A stretch of 64,000 bases of DNA from an uncultured Phycisphaerales bacterium (GTDB taxonomy: Bacteria; Planctomycetota; Phycisphaerae; Tepidisphaerales; Tepidisphaeraceae), in assembly GCA_963758525.1 (NCBI GenBank), contig CAVWVQ010000003.1:3680001-3744000 (forward strand), read 5' to 3'. The notes under the pieces were generated by a model. It saw only the letters and a program-made list of their open reading frames with translations, was not told the DNA's origin and did not search any database. The stretch's first letter is position 1; each line of letters begins with the position of its first letter. Made by a program: the position numbers and the translations under genes. Shown here piece after piece: positions 39,255-49,078 of this stretch.

Positions 39255-39680
39255 ATGAATGGACAGGCTCCTCCCGTGAATAACATCCCGCATAAGCTCG
39301 GTTTGCTGCTCGCCCAGTTTTCGTACGTTCGGCGCACCATTGACAAGCGCGCCGACTTGCGCGAGTTTCGCGGCCGTCCGACGCTTCGCATCTTCGTGGG
39401 CGTCTTTGCGATCTGCCTCAGTTTTGCCATGTGCTGGCCGGTGATCACCGCGCTGGGAACGCTTGGCGTCTATCTCCACCGGCCGTGGCTTGTCGTGATC
39501 TTCGGCCCGATCGTCTGGGGTGTCTCCCACTGCGTCTTCCTCTTCGGCATGGCCCTTTCCGGCGAAAAATACCTCCGCATCCTGCTTCGCTGGCTCACGC
39601 GCGTTTGCGTCGAGCAGCTTCTCGCGATGGCGCCGCAGTCATCACAGCTCGGCTGCGTTGCGGTCGCGCAGCCTGAATGA
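39255..39680 (+). CDS. Hypothetical membrane protein
   Basis: Two to three hydrophobic segments, GPIVWGVSHCVFLFGM. Confidence 0.6.
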   Translation: MNGQAPPVNNIPHKLGLLLAQFSYVRRTIDKRADLREFRGRPTLRIFVGVFAICLSFAMCWPVITALGTLGVYLHRPWLVVIFGPIVWGVSHCVFLFGMALSGEKYLRILLRWLTRVCVEQLLAMAPQSSQLGCVAVAQPE

Positions 39681-39723
39681 CCGTGCTCGATCCCGCCCGG
39701 GCCACAGGTACCGCGAAATGCAG

Positions 39724-39818
39724 AACACGAATCGACACGAATTTTGCACGAATCCTCACGAAGCAGATTTCCCCGCCTTTATTCGTGAGATCGTGCTTCA
39801 TTCGTGCAGATTCGTGTT
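39724..39818. repeat. Inverted array of CACGAAT units (~10-bp period)
   Basis: Four CACGAA units then four complementary TCGTG units between convergent genes. Confidence 0.75.
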
Positions 39819-39877
39819 CCCTCTTCATGGATTGCGCGGCACCTGGCAGATCGACAGCGCGTGTTCGCGCAAGGTCT

Positions 39878-40789
39878 TCAATTCCATAAGTCGAAGAAAT
39901 TAAAAAACTGCCAGGGATGCTGGTCGACGAACTGTTCAAGGCAATCCGCAAACTGCTGTGCGTAGGGCGCGTAATGCTCCGGTATTCGCCCGAGGCCGGG
40001 CGGGACGTTGATCACCTTCGCCAATCGCATCTCGTACGATCGGTCGGATGTTCTCGATGTCAGCATCACCACGACCGGCATGCCGCTGGCTGAGGCAAGC
40101 CGGTATGGGGTGACCGGCAACTGGATCGTCCCGCCGAGGAACTGCGCGCTGACGCGATTGCGCTCATCGCCGAAGGTGCGGTCGCCCATCATGGCAACGA
40201 TCTCGCCGCGAAGCAGCGCCTGGGTCATGCGCATCACGCCGTCTAGCCCGGTCCGGGGATCGATGATCGTCGCCCGGTCCGGATCAAACATCGAAAGCGT
40301 CCGGCGCTCGGGGATGAGCACGAGCCAGAAGTGCTTTGGAAAGGTCCTGGTCGTTGACATTCCCACCTGCCAGCTGCCGGCATGGGAGTGCAGCATGATG
40401 AAACCGTTGTCACCCTGCGCCATGTCGGCAAGGCGTTGGCGGTCTGGCGAACGTGCCGCCAGCGCGTCTCTGCCGAGCACGCCGACTGCCGTGATATCCA
40501 CCAGCGTTTCGCCGAACGTGCGGATGAGCCGATAGGAATCGAGGAATCGTCGCAGTCGGCCGCGCCGTTCCGGAAACCGCCGATCCAGATAAAATCGGGT
40601 TCGCGCCCGGATCGAAGGGTAGAGCAGCACGTACCAGAGCGTGGCGAACCACGAAATGTGATACGCGCGGGTGAGACCACCCCAGCGGAGCAGCCAGCCG
40701 AAGAATCGGAAGTGCCACGCCGGGCCGACGTTCGGCTCCGACCACTGTCGCATGCTGGCAGCCGTGTTTTCCCGATCGTCGTCGATCAT
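39878..40789 (-). CDS. Lipid A lauroyltransferase-like acyltransferase
   Basis: HSHAGSWQ, GEIVAMMGDR, FLGG, HPWQFFNFFDLW. Confidence 0.85.
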   Translation of the reverse strand: MIDDDRENTAASMRQWSEPNVGPAWHFRFFGWLLRWGGLTRAYHISWFATLWYVLLYPSIRARTRFYLDRRFPERRGRLRRFLDSYRLIRTFGETLVDITAVGVLGRDALAARSPDRQRLADMAQGDNGFIMLHSHAGSWQVGMSTTRTFPKHFWLVLIPERRTLSMFDPDRATIIDPRTGLDGVMRMTQALLRGEIVAMMGDRTFGDERNRVSAQFLGGTIQLPVTPYRLASASGMPVVVMLTSRTSDRSYEMRLAKVINVPPGLGRIPEHYAPYAQQFADCLEQFVDQHPWQFFNFFDLWN

Positions 40790-40855
40790 GCGCAGAGGGT
40801 TATGCAGCCAACAACCCGATTATGCGCAGCTCGTTAGTCGATCGCGAATCGCGCT

Positions 40856-40976
40856 CCCGTGGCATGGGCGTCCCGCCCATGCGGGTCGCGTGAAACGGCG
40901 AGGACCTTTGTTATCGACGGTTCTGAGACTTCCGCATCGCTCGCATGGGCGGGACGTGCCGGACGCCCATGCCACG
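40856..40976. repeat. REP doublet (family-C-like)
   Basis: CGTGGCATGGGCGTCCCGCCCATGCG / CGCATGGGCGGGACG..GACGCCCATGCCACG. Confidence 0.75.
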
Positions 40977-41049
40977 AACCACGCGTCTTCATGAAGCAGA
41001 GTTGCTGCCCCTGCGCTACAGCCTGTCGGCGGGGCGGACGCCTCTCTTC

Positions 41050-42841
41050 TCACCCCTTCGGCGCCGCCGGCGCTAATCGAATATGCACTTCCTTGAGTTG
41101 CCGTTCGTCGATCGGTGACGGGGATCCGCACATCAAATCCGCGCCGCTTTGGGTCTTTGGGAACGCGATCACATCGCGGATGTTGGTGATTCCGCGCAGA
41201 ATCATGACCAGCCGGTCGAGGCCCAAGGCGATGCCGCCGTGCGGCGGCGCGCCGTATTGCAGCGCATCGAGCAGGAAGCCGAACTTGGCTTTCTGGGATG
41301 CGGGGTCGATGCCGAGCAGAGCGAAGACTTTCTGCTGAACGTCCATGCGGTGGATACGGATCGAGCCGCCGCCCACTTCGCTGCCGTTGACGACGATGTC
41401 GTAGGCTTTGCTGTTGACCGACTCGACGACCGCCCGGTCGGGGCTTTCGAGTTTTGCCAGGTCCTCATCCAGCGGCGCGGTGAAGGGGTGATGCGTCGCG
41501 GAGAAGCGTTTTTCTTCCTCGTCATATTCCACCAGCGGGAAGTTGACGACCCATACCCAGGCAAATTCCGTCGATGCCGGAAGCTGCAGATCGCGGGCCA
41601 TCTTCAATCGCAACTCGCCGAGGACTTTGTGAACGACTTTGGGTCGATCCGCCGCAAAGCAAAGGAGGTCGCCCTCTTTGGCGCTGGTCCGCTCGATGAT
41701 CTTCGCCGCGATCGGCGCGAGAAACTTCGCCACGCCGGTGTCGAAGCCGGTGGCCGTGACCTTGGTGACGGCCAGCCCCTTGGCGCCAAATCCCTTGGAC
41801 CACTCGGCCAGCGCGTCGGTCTCCTTGCGCGGCAGCTTCGCGCCGCCAGGCACCACAATCACCTTCACCATCGGCGCATCGCGGAAAACCTTGAAATCGG
41901 TCGTATGCGCCAGATCGGTGATGTCGCTTAGCTTCATGCCATAGCGCAAATCCGGGCGATCGGAGCCGTACGTGCTCATCGCTTCGGCATATTCCATGTG
42001 CGGAATCGGATTGGGAATTTCCTTGCCGAGGATTTCCTTCCACAGCAGGCGCAACAGCCCCTCCATCGTTTGGATGATGTCCTCGCGGTCGATGAACGAC
42101 ATCTCGACGTCGAGCTGCGTGAACTCCGCCTGCCGGTCGGCTCGGGGGTCCTCGTCGCGAAAACATCGGACGATCTGCATGTATTTGTCGCAGCCGGCGA
42201 CCATCAGCAACTGCTTGAAAAGCTGCGGCGACTGCGGGAGCGCATAGAAACTTCCCGGAATCAGCCGCGAGGGAACCAGGAAATCGCGCGCGCCTTCCGG
42301 CGTCGATTTGGTCAGGAACGGCGTTTCGATCTCCCAGAAGCCCAGGTCCCCCAGGTAATCGCGCATCATCTTCGTGACGCGATACCGCGTGCGAAGGGTC
42401 TCCTGCATCTCGGATCGGCGCAAGTCCAGGTAGCGATACGCCAGCCGTTTTTCCTCGTTGACCGTCTCGCGCTCATCCGGCGTGAAGGGGGGCGTCGGCG
42501 AAATGCTCAGCACTTCCATCGACTTGACGCGCACTTCAATCTGCCCCGTCGGCAGCTTGGGATTGACCATTCCCTCGCCCCGCGGCGTCACCACGCCAGC
42601 CGCGCTGACGACCCATTCACCGCGCAGCTTCGCGCACGTCTTCGTGAACCGCGGGCCCGCACGTGTCGCTGTCGAAGACAAGCTGCGTGAGTCCGTCGCG
42701 GTCGCGCAGATCGATAAAGACCAGCCCGCCATGATCGCGATAGGAGTGAACCCATCCCGCCAGGCGGACCTCCGCGCCAACATCAGAGCCGCGAAGCTGG
42801 CCGCAAGTGTGAGAACGATATTTGGTTTTGATGGCGTGCAT
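41050..42841 (-). CDS. aspS: Aspartate--tRNA ligase, probably non-discriminating (frameshift ~42635)
   Basis: YRSHTCG..RDHGG..DLRD in one frame; [32 protein letters not shown] in next frame. Confidence 0.95.
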
Positions 42842-42847
42842 GGGGAG

Positions 42848-42876
42848 GGTTCAGGGTTCGGGGTTCAGGGTTCAGT
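42848..42876. repeat. Tandem 7-mer GGTTC(A/G)G x4
   Basis: GGTTCAGGGTTCGGGGTTCAGGGTTCAG directly upstream of aspS. Confidence 0.8.
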
Positions 42877-42880
42877 AAGA

Positions 42881-43127
42881 GAAATTCGAATGACGAAGTT
42901 CGAATCCTCGAATCAAATCCGAAGCTCGAATTTCGAAACGGGGAGCCAATCTATCGTGGTCCTAACCGCGTCACGCGACATGATCTGTCCAGGGCTCGCA
43001 GTACCTCGAAGTTCTTTGCATTTGTTTCGTGTTTCGAATTTCGTCATTCGAGTTTGATTGTTTGATTCGAGGATTCGAGCTTCGTCATTCGAGCTTTGAG
43101 TTTTCGATCTTCGTCATTCGGAATTTC
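42881..43127. repeat. Inverted low-complexity heptamer arrays (TTCGAAT/TTCGTCA)
   Basis: GAAATTCGAATGACGAAGTTCGAATCCTCGAATCAAA vs TTTGATTCGAGGATTCGAGCTTCGTCATTCGAG. Confidence 0.8.
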
Positions 43128-43137
43128 CGTACTCGGC

Positions 43138-44217
43138 CTACGGCTTCACCGTCCATCGTGGCTTGGCGAACCACTCGCGCATCACGTCCTCCGCCGGCTT
43201 GCCCTTGGGGGAATACCCGCGGCTGTCCGCATCGAGCGTCCACTCCCAGAACATGAAGCCGCCGGACTGCGGCTGCCCCCACCAGGCGCGGAAAAAACCC
43301 TGGTAGAGCTTGCGCTGCAGATCGTTGTCGATGCCCGCGCTCTCCTGCGTGTAATCCCACGGCTCATGCGCCGCGTTGCTGATGCTGCACCAGCCGGCTT
43401 CCAGCAGAATCAGCGGCTTGCCGATTTTCTCTTCAAAGCGGAACAGGTCCTTCTGGATTCCTCTCCATCGCGAGACGATTTCGTCCACGCTCACGTCGCG
43501 GTTCTCGCCCAGGATGTAATAGCTGTTCATCCCGATCAGATCCAACTGGTTCCAGAAGGGGATCGACGTGTAATGATCCCAGTTGGACGAGTAGGTCAGC
43601 AAACCCTTGTACTCGTGGCGAATCATCTGGATCGTCTGGGTCCACTCGTCGGCAAACCGTTCGGTGCTGACCAGCTCCGATCCAACGCTGAACACGTCCA
43701 CCCCGGTCTTTTGAGCCACGCCCGCGTAGAGCGAGATCATCTCCCGGTAGCTGTCCCACCACTTCTGCCAGTCCGTCGGATGAATCGTCCCGCGCCAATC
43801 GTGCTCGCCGGGATTGTCCAGCAGAACGATCGGCATCAGGATCACGCGCAGCTTTTTCGCCTTGGCATGCAGAATCAGCTCGCCGAGCTGCTGCTCGTTG
43901 AGGGTCTTGCGGACGTCGATATAAATCTTGCTGCTCGAACCGTTTTCCTGACGCGAATCGACGACGATGGAAACGGTGTCGGCTCCCTCCGCCGCGATCT
44001 CGTCGAGCGCTTTGAGATACTCCGCCAGCCGCCACGGCTGCTGCAACTGCATCGCGACGCCGATGTACGGCATCCCGCTGGTCGTCACCGCCGCGGAAGC
44101 CGCCGGCGCCTCGGGCTCCGACGAATGCACGCCCGTCGCCGCCGTCGGCCAGAGCACGCATCCCATTGCCGCGAAAAAGACCAGCAACGCGCTGATAACC
44201 AGAAAGTGACCCTTCAT
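43138..44217 (-). CDS. Secreted glycoside hydrolase family 113-like protein
   Basis: Signal peptide, WRGTI, VGSEL, YSSNWD, IGMNSY, KPLILLEAGW, YSPKGKPAE. Confidence 0.75.
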   Translation of the reverse strand: MKGHFLVISALLVFFAAMGCVLWPTAATGVHSSEPEAPAASAAVTTSGMPYIGVAMQLQQPWRLAEYLKALDEIAAEGADTVSIVVDSRQENGSSSKIYIDVRKTLNEQQLGELILHAKAKKLRVILMPIVLLDNPGEHDWRGTIHPTDWQKWWDSYREMISLYAGVAQKTGVDVFSVGSELVSTERFADEWTQTIQMIRHEYKGLLTYSSNWDHYTSIPFWNQLDLIGMNSYYILGENRDVSVDEIVSRWRGIQKDLFRFEEKIGKPLILLEAGWCSISNAAHEPWDYTQESAGIDNDLQRKLYQGFFRAWWGQPQSGGFMFWEWTLDADSRGYSPKGKPAEDVMREWFAKPRWTVKP

Positions 44218-44325
44218 GTCTCCTCACTTAAAGAGCGAAGACTATACGCAGACGCGTGCGAGTGCGAAAGATGCGGGCGAGGAATTGAGCCAGCCCCGTT
44301 TTGTGAGAGCCCCCGACCCAGAACC

Positions 44326-44437
44326 CGGTTAGCCGCGACGCGCAGCGGAGCGCGTATTGGAACCGGAAACAGCGTGGTGTTACCACAGTTGACCCCTCGG
44401 GACGAATACTCGCTCCGCTGCGCGTCGCGGCTAACCG
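44326..44437. repeat. REP doublet (family E)
   Basis: 33-bp arms CGGTTAGCCGCGACGCGCAGCGGAGCG(C/A)GTATT, 1 mismatch. Confidence 0.9.
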
Positions 44438-44487
44438 TTGATCGATGCGATAACAAACCGCTTCGGAAGTCGAACCTCCCCTCGCAA

Positions 44488-45867
44488 TCACCCCCGGCTC
44501 ATCAGCAGCCGATGCTTCTCGCTCACCGGCAGCAATCGTCCATCCTTCCCCGCGATATTCATCAGCTCCAGCCACTGCTCAAACTCCGGCGCCGGCTTGA
44601 GGTGCATCAGTTGCCGAAGGTAAGCCGCGTCGTGAAAGCTGGTGGACTGATAGGCAAGCATCACATCATCCGCCCCCGGCACGCCCATGAAATAATTGCA
44701 ACCGGCCAGTGCCAGCAGCGTCATCAGCGTGTCGCTGTCGTCCTGATCCGCCTGCGCGTGATTCGTATAACACACATCCACCCCCATCGGCAGTCCCAGC
44801 AGCTTTCCGCAAAAATGATCCTCCAGCCCAGCGCGGATGATCTGCTTTCCGTCGTACAAATATTCCGGCCCGATGAACCCGACGACCGTATTCACCAGCA
44901 ACGGCTCAAACTCCCGCGCAACCGCGTATGCGCGCGCCTCCAGCGTTTGCTGATCGACGCCATGGTGCGCATCGGCGCTCAGCGCCGATCCCTGGCCGGT
45001 CTCGAAGTACATCACGTTGTGCCCGAGCGTGCCGCGCTGCAGCGACAGGGTCGCCTGATGCGCCTCGCGCAGCAGTTTGAGGTCGATCCCAAAACTTCGG
45101 TTTGCCGATTCCGTCCCCGCGATGGATTGAAACGCCAGGTCGACCGGCGCTCCTTCTTCGATCGCGCGGAGCGTGGTCGTGAGGTGCGCCAGCACGCACG
45201 ACTGCGTGGGAATCTGATATTCGCGGATGAAGCCGTCGATCATGTGCAGCAGCGACTTGACGGCCGCGACATTGTCGGTGGCCGGGTTGATGCCGATGCA
45301 CGCGTCGCCGCAGCCGTAAAGCAGTCCGTCGAGAATGCTCGCCGCGATGGCCGCCGGATCATCCGTCGGATGGTTCGGCTGCAGCCGGATCGCAAGCCGT
45401 CCGGCCAGTCCGAGGGTGTTGCGAAACCGCGTGATCACCCGGCACTTGCTGGCGATCAGAATCAAATCCTGATTCCGGCACAGCTTCGACACCGCCGCCG
45501 CCATCTCCGGGGTCACCCCCGGCGCAACGGCCGACAGTGATTCGGTCGTCGTCGCATAATCCAGCAGCCATTCGCGGAACGCGCCGACGGTGAAATTAGA
45601 AATGGGCGCGAAGGGTGCAGCATCATGCCGGTCGATAATGAGCCGGGTAACTTCGTCGATCTCATATGGAACAACCGGCTCCTCGAGGAACCGCCGCAGC
45701 GAGATATCCGCAAGAACCGTGAGAGCCGCGACCCGCTCGCGGGCATCGCCCGCCGCGATCCCCGCCAGCACATCGCCCGAGCGCAGCGGCGATGCCTTGG
45801 CCAGGACCTCTTTCAGATCGGCGAAGGAATAATGGGTTCCACGAAGATGGACCGAGTACGTCGACAC
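44488..45867 (-). CDS. eutB: Ethanolamine ammonia-lyase large subunit
   Basis: LAKASPLRSGD, RLQPNHPTDD, YFETGQGS, AGLEDHFCGKL, YQSTSFHD. Confidence 0.95.
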   Translation of the reverse strand: MSTYSVHLRGTHYSFADLKEVLAKASPLRSGDVLAGIAAGDARERVAALTVLADISLRRFLEEPVVPYEIDEVTRLIIDRHDAAPFAPISNFTVGAFREWLLDYATTTESLSAVAPGVTPEMAAAVSKLCRNQDLILIASKCRVITRFRNTLGLAGRLAIRLQPNHPTDDPAAIAASILDGLLYGCGDACIGINPATDNVAAVKSLLHMIDGFIREYQIPTQSCVLAHLTTTLRAIEEGAPVDLAFQSIAGTESANRSFGIDLKLLREAHQATLSLQRGTLGHNVMYFETGQGSALSADAHHGVDQQTLEARAYAVAREFEPLLVNTVVGFIGPEYLYDGKQIIRAGLEDHFCGKLLGLPMGVDVCYTNHAQADQDDSDTLMTLLALAGCNYFMGVPGADDVMLAYQSTSFHDAAYLRQLMHLKPAPEFEQWLELMNIAGKDGRLLPVSEKHRLLMSRG

Positions 45868-46068
45868 GGGGAGTATGAGTGTGTTTACTCCAGCGGGCGA
45901 CTAAATTGAAGCAATGTTCGGCAGCAGACGCGGCGGCCGGAAACGCTTGAGGAGCCCACGCCATGAACGATGACCCGATCGTCGAAGCAGTTCGACGCGA
46001 TCGCGAAAAGTATGGCGCGTCGTTCAACTACGACGTGCACGACAGTTTCGGTCTCGCGGTCGCACCCG

Positions 46069-46158
46069 AAAGCCAACGGATTGCCATCCGTTGGTTCCCG
46101 CTTTCAGCTTCGATTCCCGCCCTCGGAGAAGACCAACGGATGGCAATCCGTTGGCTTT
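46069..46158. repeat. REP doublet (family F), further copies at 46291-46317 and 46886-46907
   Basis: Perfect 27-bp arms AAAGCCAACGGATTGCCATCCGTTGGT. Confidence 0.9.
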
Positions 46159-46995
46159 GGCGCTGAGCCTCCCGCTCCCATTTGCAATCCCGCTCTTCGC
46201 GCGTGACATTCGCCCGGGCAACGGGAAAGTCGTCAAATATTCCCTCGGACAGCGCTGCAAAGCCTCATAGTTGCGTCGCTGCTCCCCGATAAAGCCAACG
46301 GATTGCCATCCGTTGGTCCCCGTTTTCCCACTTGTAAGCCGCTTTTCCTTTCATCGCTCCCATCGTTCGCTCGCAGAAAATGTCCCCCCGCGCCCGTTCC
46401 GCTGCTAAGGGGCTCTCCGCCGTCAACATTTACTCCCTCCTCGATCGGCACAGAGCAACTTCAAAAGTGTGCCAATTCGTGCCATTTCGTGCCACTTTAC
46501 GGAGTGAAGCTGAGGTCGGGACTTTCTGATTGCAAATTCGTGCGGCAGTAAATGTCGCGTCGCAAACGAGGGATTTCGTAGGTTCACGGCATGAATCGAA
46601 CCATTGAAAAGCATGAAACCGCTGGCGCGGCCGTAGACCGGCGAAGCAGGTGCATCGTACGCGGCGAGCGTGCGGGGATACCCCGTTTTCAGCGAACGGC
46701 GCGCAACTGTTCGCGCGGTGTCGCGCCACGCTGGAGAGTATCCTGCGGGATGGTGAGGAGTTGCGCGCCGGATGCGACATGCGGCGCTGCAAAATCTGTC
46801 GCGCGATGTCGCAAGCTGGGGGCCGGGGTCACGAGTCGGGAGTGGGGAGCAAGGAGCACGAAGCAATAAGCATGATCAATTCCCGCGGATCGCCATCCGT
46901 TGGCTTTGGGAGACTGGCGATCAAAGCTAAGCGATCCCTGCTCATCGCTCCTGACTTTCGACTCTCGGCGCTCTCCACGACGCGGAATCGATCTT

Positions 46996-47352
46996 ATGCG
47001 GGTTTGGGCCGATATAATTGGTGTTGTCGCATACGAAAGGCGCCCGCTGGAGAAACAGATCGTTCCAACTTCGCAACCGCCGCAGGCGAGAGCCTCGCCG
47101 GTGGAGTTCTGGCTGACGATGTCGGCATTCGTCGGGGCGGGGCTGGTTTATCTTTCGCTGTTCCTTCAGTCGGCGATCATCTTTGGGATTGGCGAGGTGC
47201 TTTGCCTGGTGGTGTCGGTGCCGATCGTGTTGCTGCATCGCGACGAAATTCGCAAGTGGTGGCTGGCACGGGGGAAATGTCCGGGCTGCGGGCGGGATCT
47301 TCGCGGCGTGAAGGGAGCCTGCCCCAACTGCGGGCGCAAAATGATCGTTTGA
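46996..47352 (+). CDS. Small membrane protein with C-terminal zinc ribbon (start uncertain)
   Basis: Two TM segments, then CPGCGRDLRG..CPNCG. Confidence 0.65.
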   Translation: MRVWADIIGVVAYERRPLEKQIVPTSQPPQARASPVEFWLTMSAFVGAGLVYLSLFLQSAIIFGIGEVLCLVVSVPIVLLHRDEIRKWWLARGKCPGCGRDLRGVKGACPNCGRKMIV

Positions 47353-47366
47353 CGTTGGTCAAACCG

Positions 47367-48950
47367 TCAGTCGGCCAGGCGAATCTGTTTGGGGGAGTCG
47401 ATGCGGATTTCGGGACGACCTTTATAGATGGTGACGATGCCGTCGATGGCGATCTTGCGGCCGACGATTCCTTTTCCGTTGTCGCCGCCGAATTGTTCCT
47501 GCATCCGTTTCAGGACCGAGCCGGGACAGAACAGTTCAAATCCGATGTCTTCATCGGCGTCTTTGAAGGTGACGCGCATGTTGCCCGAACTGGTGATGTG
47601 CGTCTTATTGGGCACGCCGACGACCGTGATGGGTTTTCCGGAGAGCGGGTTTTTCGGGTCGTTGGCGATGGCGAGGAGGGTGGTGAAGTCGGAAACCGAG
47701 AACGTGGATGCCGGTCCGTTGGGGACTGGGGCAGGAGTGGCCACGGGCGCGGGTGCGGCCGTGGCGACGGGCGCGGGCGCGGGATCGGCGGGTGGCGCGT
47801 CGGCGGGAGCGGCGTCGGGCGCAGAGGCGCAACAAAAGCGTGTTTTGGCTGGGAAGTTTCGATCAGGATCACTGCCGCGGAGATCACCGCGACGAGGACG
47901 GCGCCGCCGCCGATCAGGAGGTTGCGGCGGAGACTCGACGATGCGGACGGTGTTGTCAGCATGGAGCCGGAACTGCCGGCGTAGCTCGTTGCGCCGACCG
48001 GACCCGATCCGCGACCGCCGATCGATGGGAGCGCGCCGGAGGCGCACAGCGGAATCGTATGAACGCGCAGGGCGCTGGCGAATTGCTCGGCCGACGCAAA
48101 ACGGTCCTTGGGCGCTTGGCCAGGCCCTTTTGGATGATTTCACCCAGTCCGGCCGGCAAGTCGGGCACGCGCTCGCGCAGATCGGGAATCGGAGCAGAGA
48201 CGTGCTGATCGAGGATCTCTTTTGCCGTGCCACCGTCATATGGCGGGCGTCCGCTCAGCAGGTAACAGACCGTCGCCGCGAGGCTGTAGACATCGGAAAG
48301 GGGCTCGGCGGGCTTGCCCCGGACAATCTCAGGTGCGATGTAGAGCGGGGTGCCGACCGCTTCGGTGCCCAGGTAGAACGAATCGTTGGGGTCGTCGATG
48401 CGGGCGAGGCCGAAGTCAGTGAGCTTGCAACGTCCGCCGCGCGAGAGCATGAGATTCGACGGCTTGATGTCGCGGTGAATGATCCCAAGCTTGTGCGCGT
48501 GCCCCAGCGCCTCGGCGGCTTCGGCGCCGAGCTGGCAGGCGCGTACCACGTCCATCGGCCCGCTCGCCTTCACCAGGTCGCGCAGGCTTCCCCCTTCCAG
48601 CAACTCCATGGCGATGTAGAAAACATCGCTGGTCTGGTTCACCTCATAGACCTGCACGACGCCGGGATGTTCTATCGAAGCCGCCGACCGTGCCTCGCGA
48701 ACAAACTGCTCCAGGCCGATGGTCCTGTCTCCCAACTTGAACTGCATCGGCAGCAGCTTGAGGGCGACCTGCCGCTGCAGATCGACATCCTCGGCGCAAA
48801 AACGCGGCCCATGGCGCCCTGTCCCAGCAGCGCCACGAGTTTGAATCGCCCGACGCGACGCCCCAGCCAGGCAGGAGCCAGCTTCACGTTGCGAGCGACC
48901 GGTTTTTTGGGGGTGTCCCCGACGTTCATCAGGCGGGAATTGTCATCCAC
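47367..48950 (-). CDS. Membrane Ser/Thr protein kinase with Pro-rich linker and C-terminal OB-fold-like domain (several frameshifts)
   Basis: LGQGAMGRVF / FVREAR, HRDIKPSN, DFG, GTPLYIAPE / TM LLIGGGAVLVAV / GIVTIYKGRPEI in successive frames. Confidence 0.8.
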
Positions 48951-49078
48951 ACGGGTTCAAGAAAAGATGAGCGTTACAATAAGGTTGGGTTCAGATTCGA
49001 TTGGTTGCGATCGGCCTCGGCGCTACCCGCAACCTCTTGGGGTAAAGTGCGATGCGTTGCAGCGTAGGTGAAACCCTG

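Noticed and set aside
13162..40789. Calling the cluster a ladderane pathway
   Set aside because: Only general gene-content resemblance; no anammox context, and the rSAM motif is atypical
42617..42841. aspS pseudogene or programmed frameshift
   Set aside because: Essential gene, no slippery site recognised, many similar indels window-wide
43096..45540. 814-aa + strand ORF
   Set aside because: Antisense to GH113 and eutB and crosses a REP; no recognisable domain
45868..46290. Cobalamin riboswitch upstream of eutB
   Set aside because: No B12-box or other conserved riboswitch motif recognised; region is occupied by REPs
46069..46317. Possible CRISPR array (three 27-bp palindromic repeats)
   Set aside because: Copies are inverted, irregularly spaced and there are no cas genes; fits REP elements
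46465..46496. Sigma-54 promoter from TGGCAC repeats on minus strand
   Set aside because: No copy has GC at the required GG-N10-GC spacing
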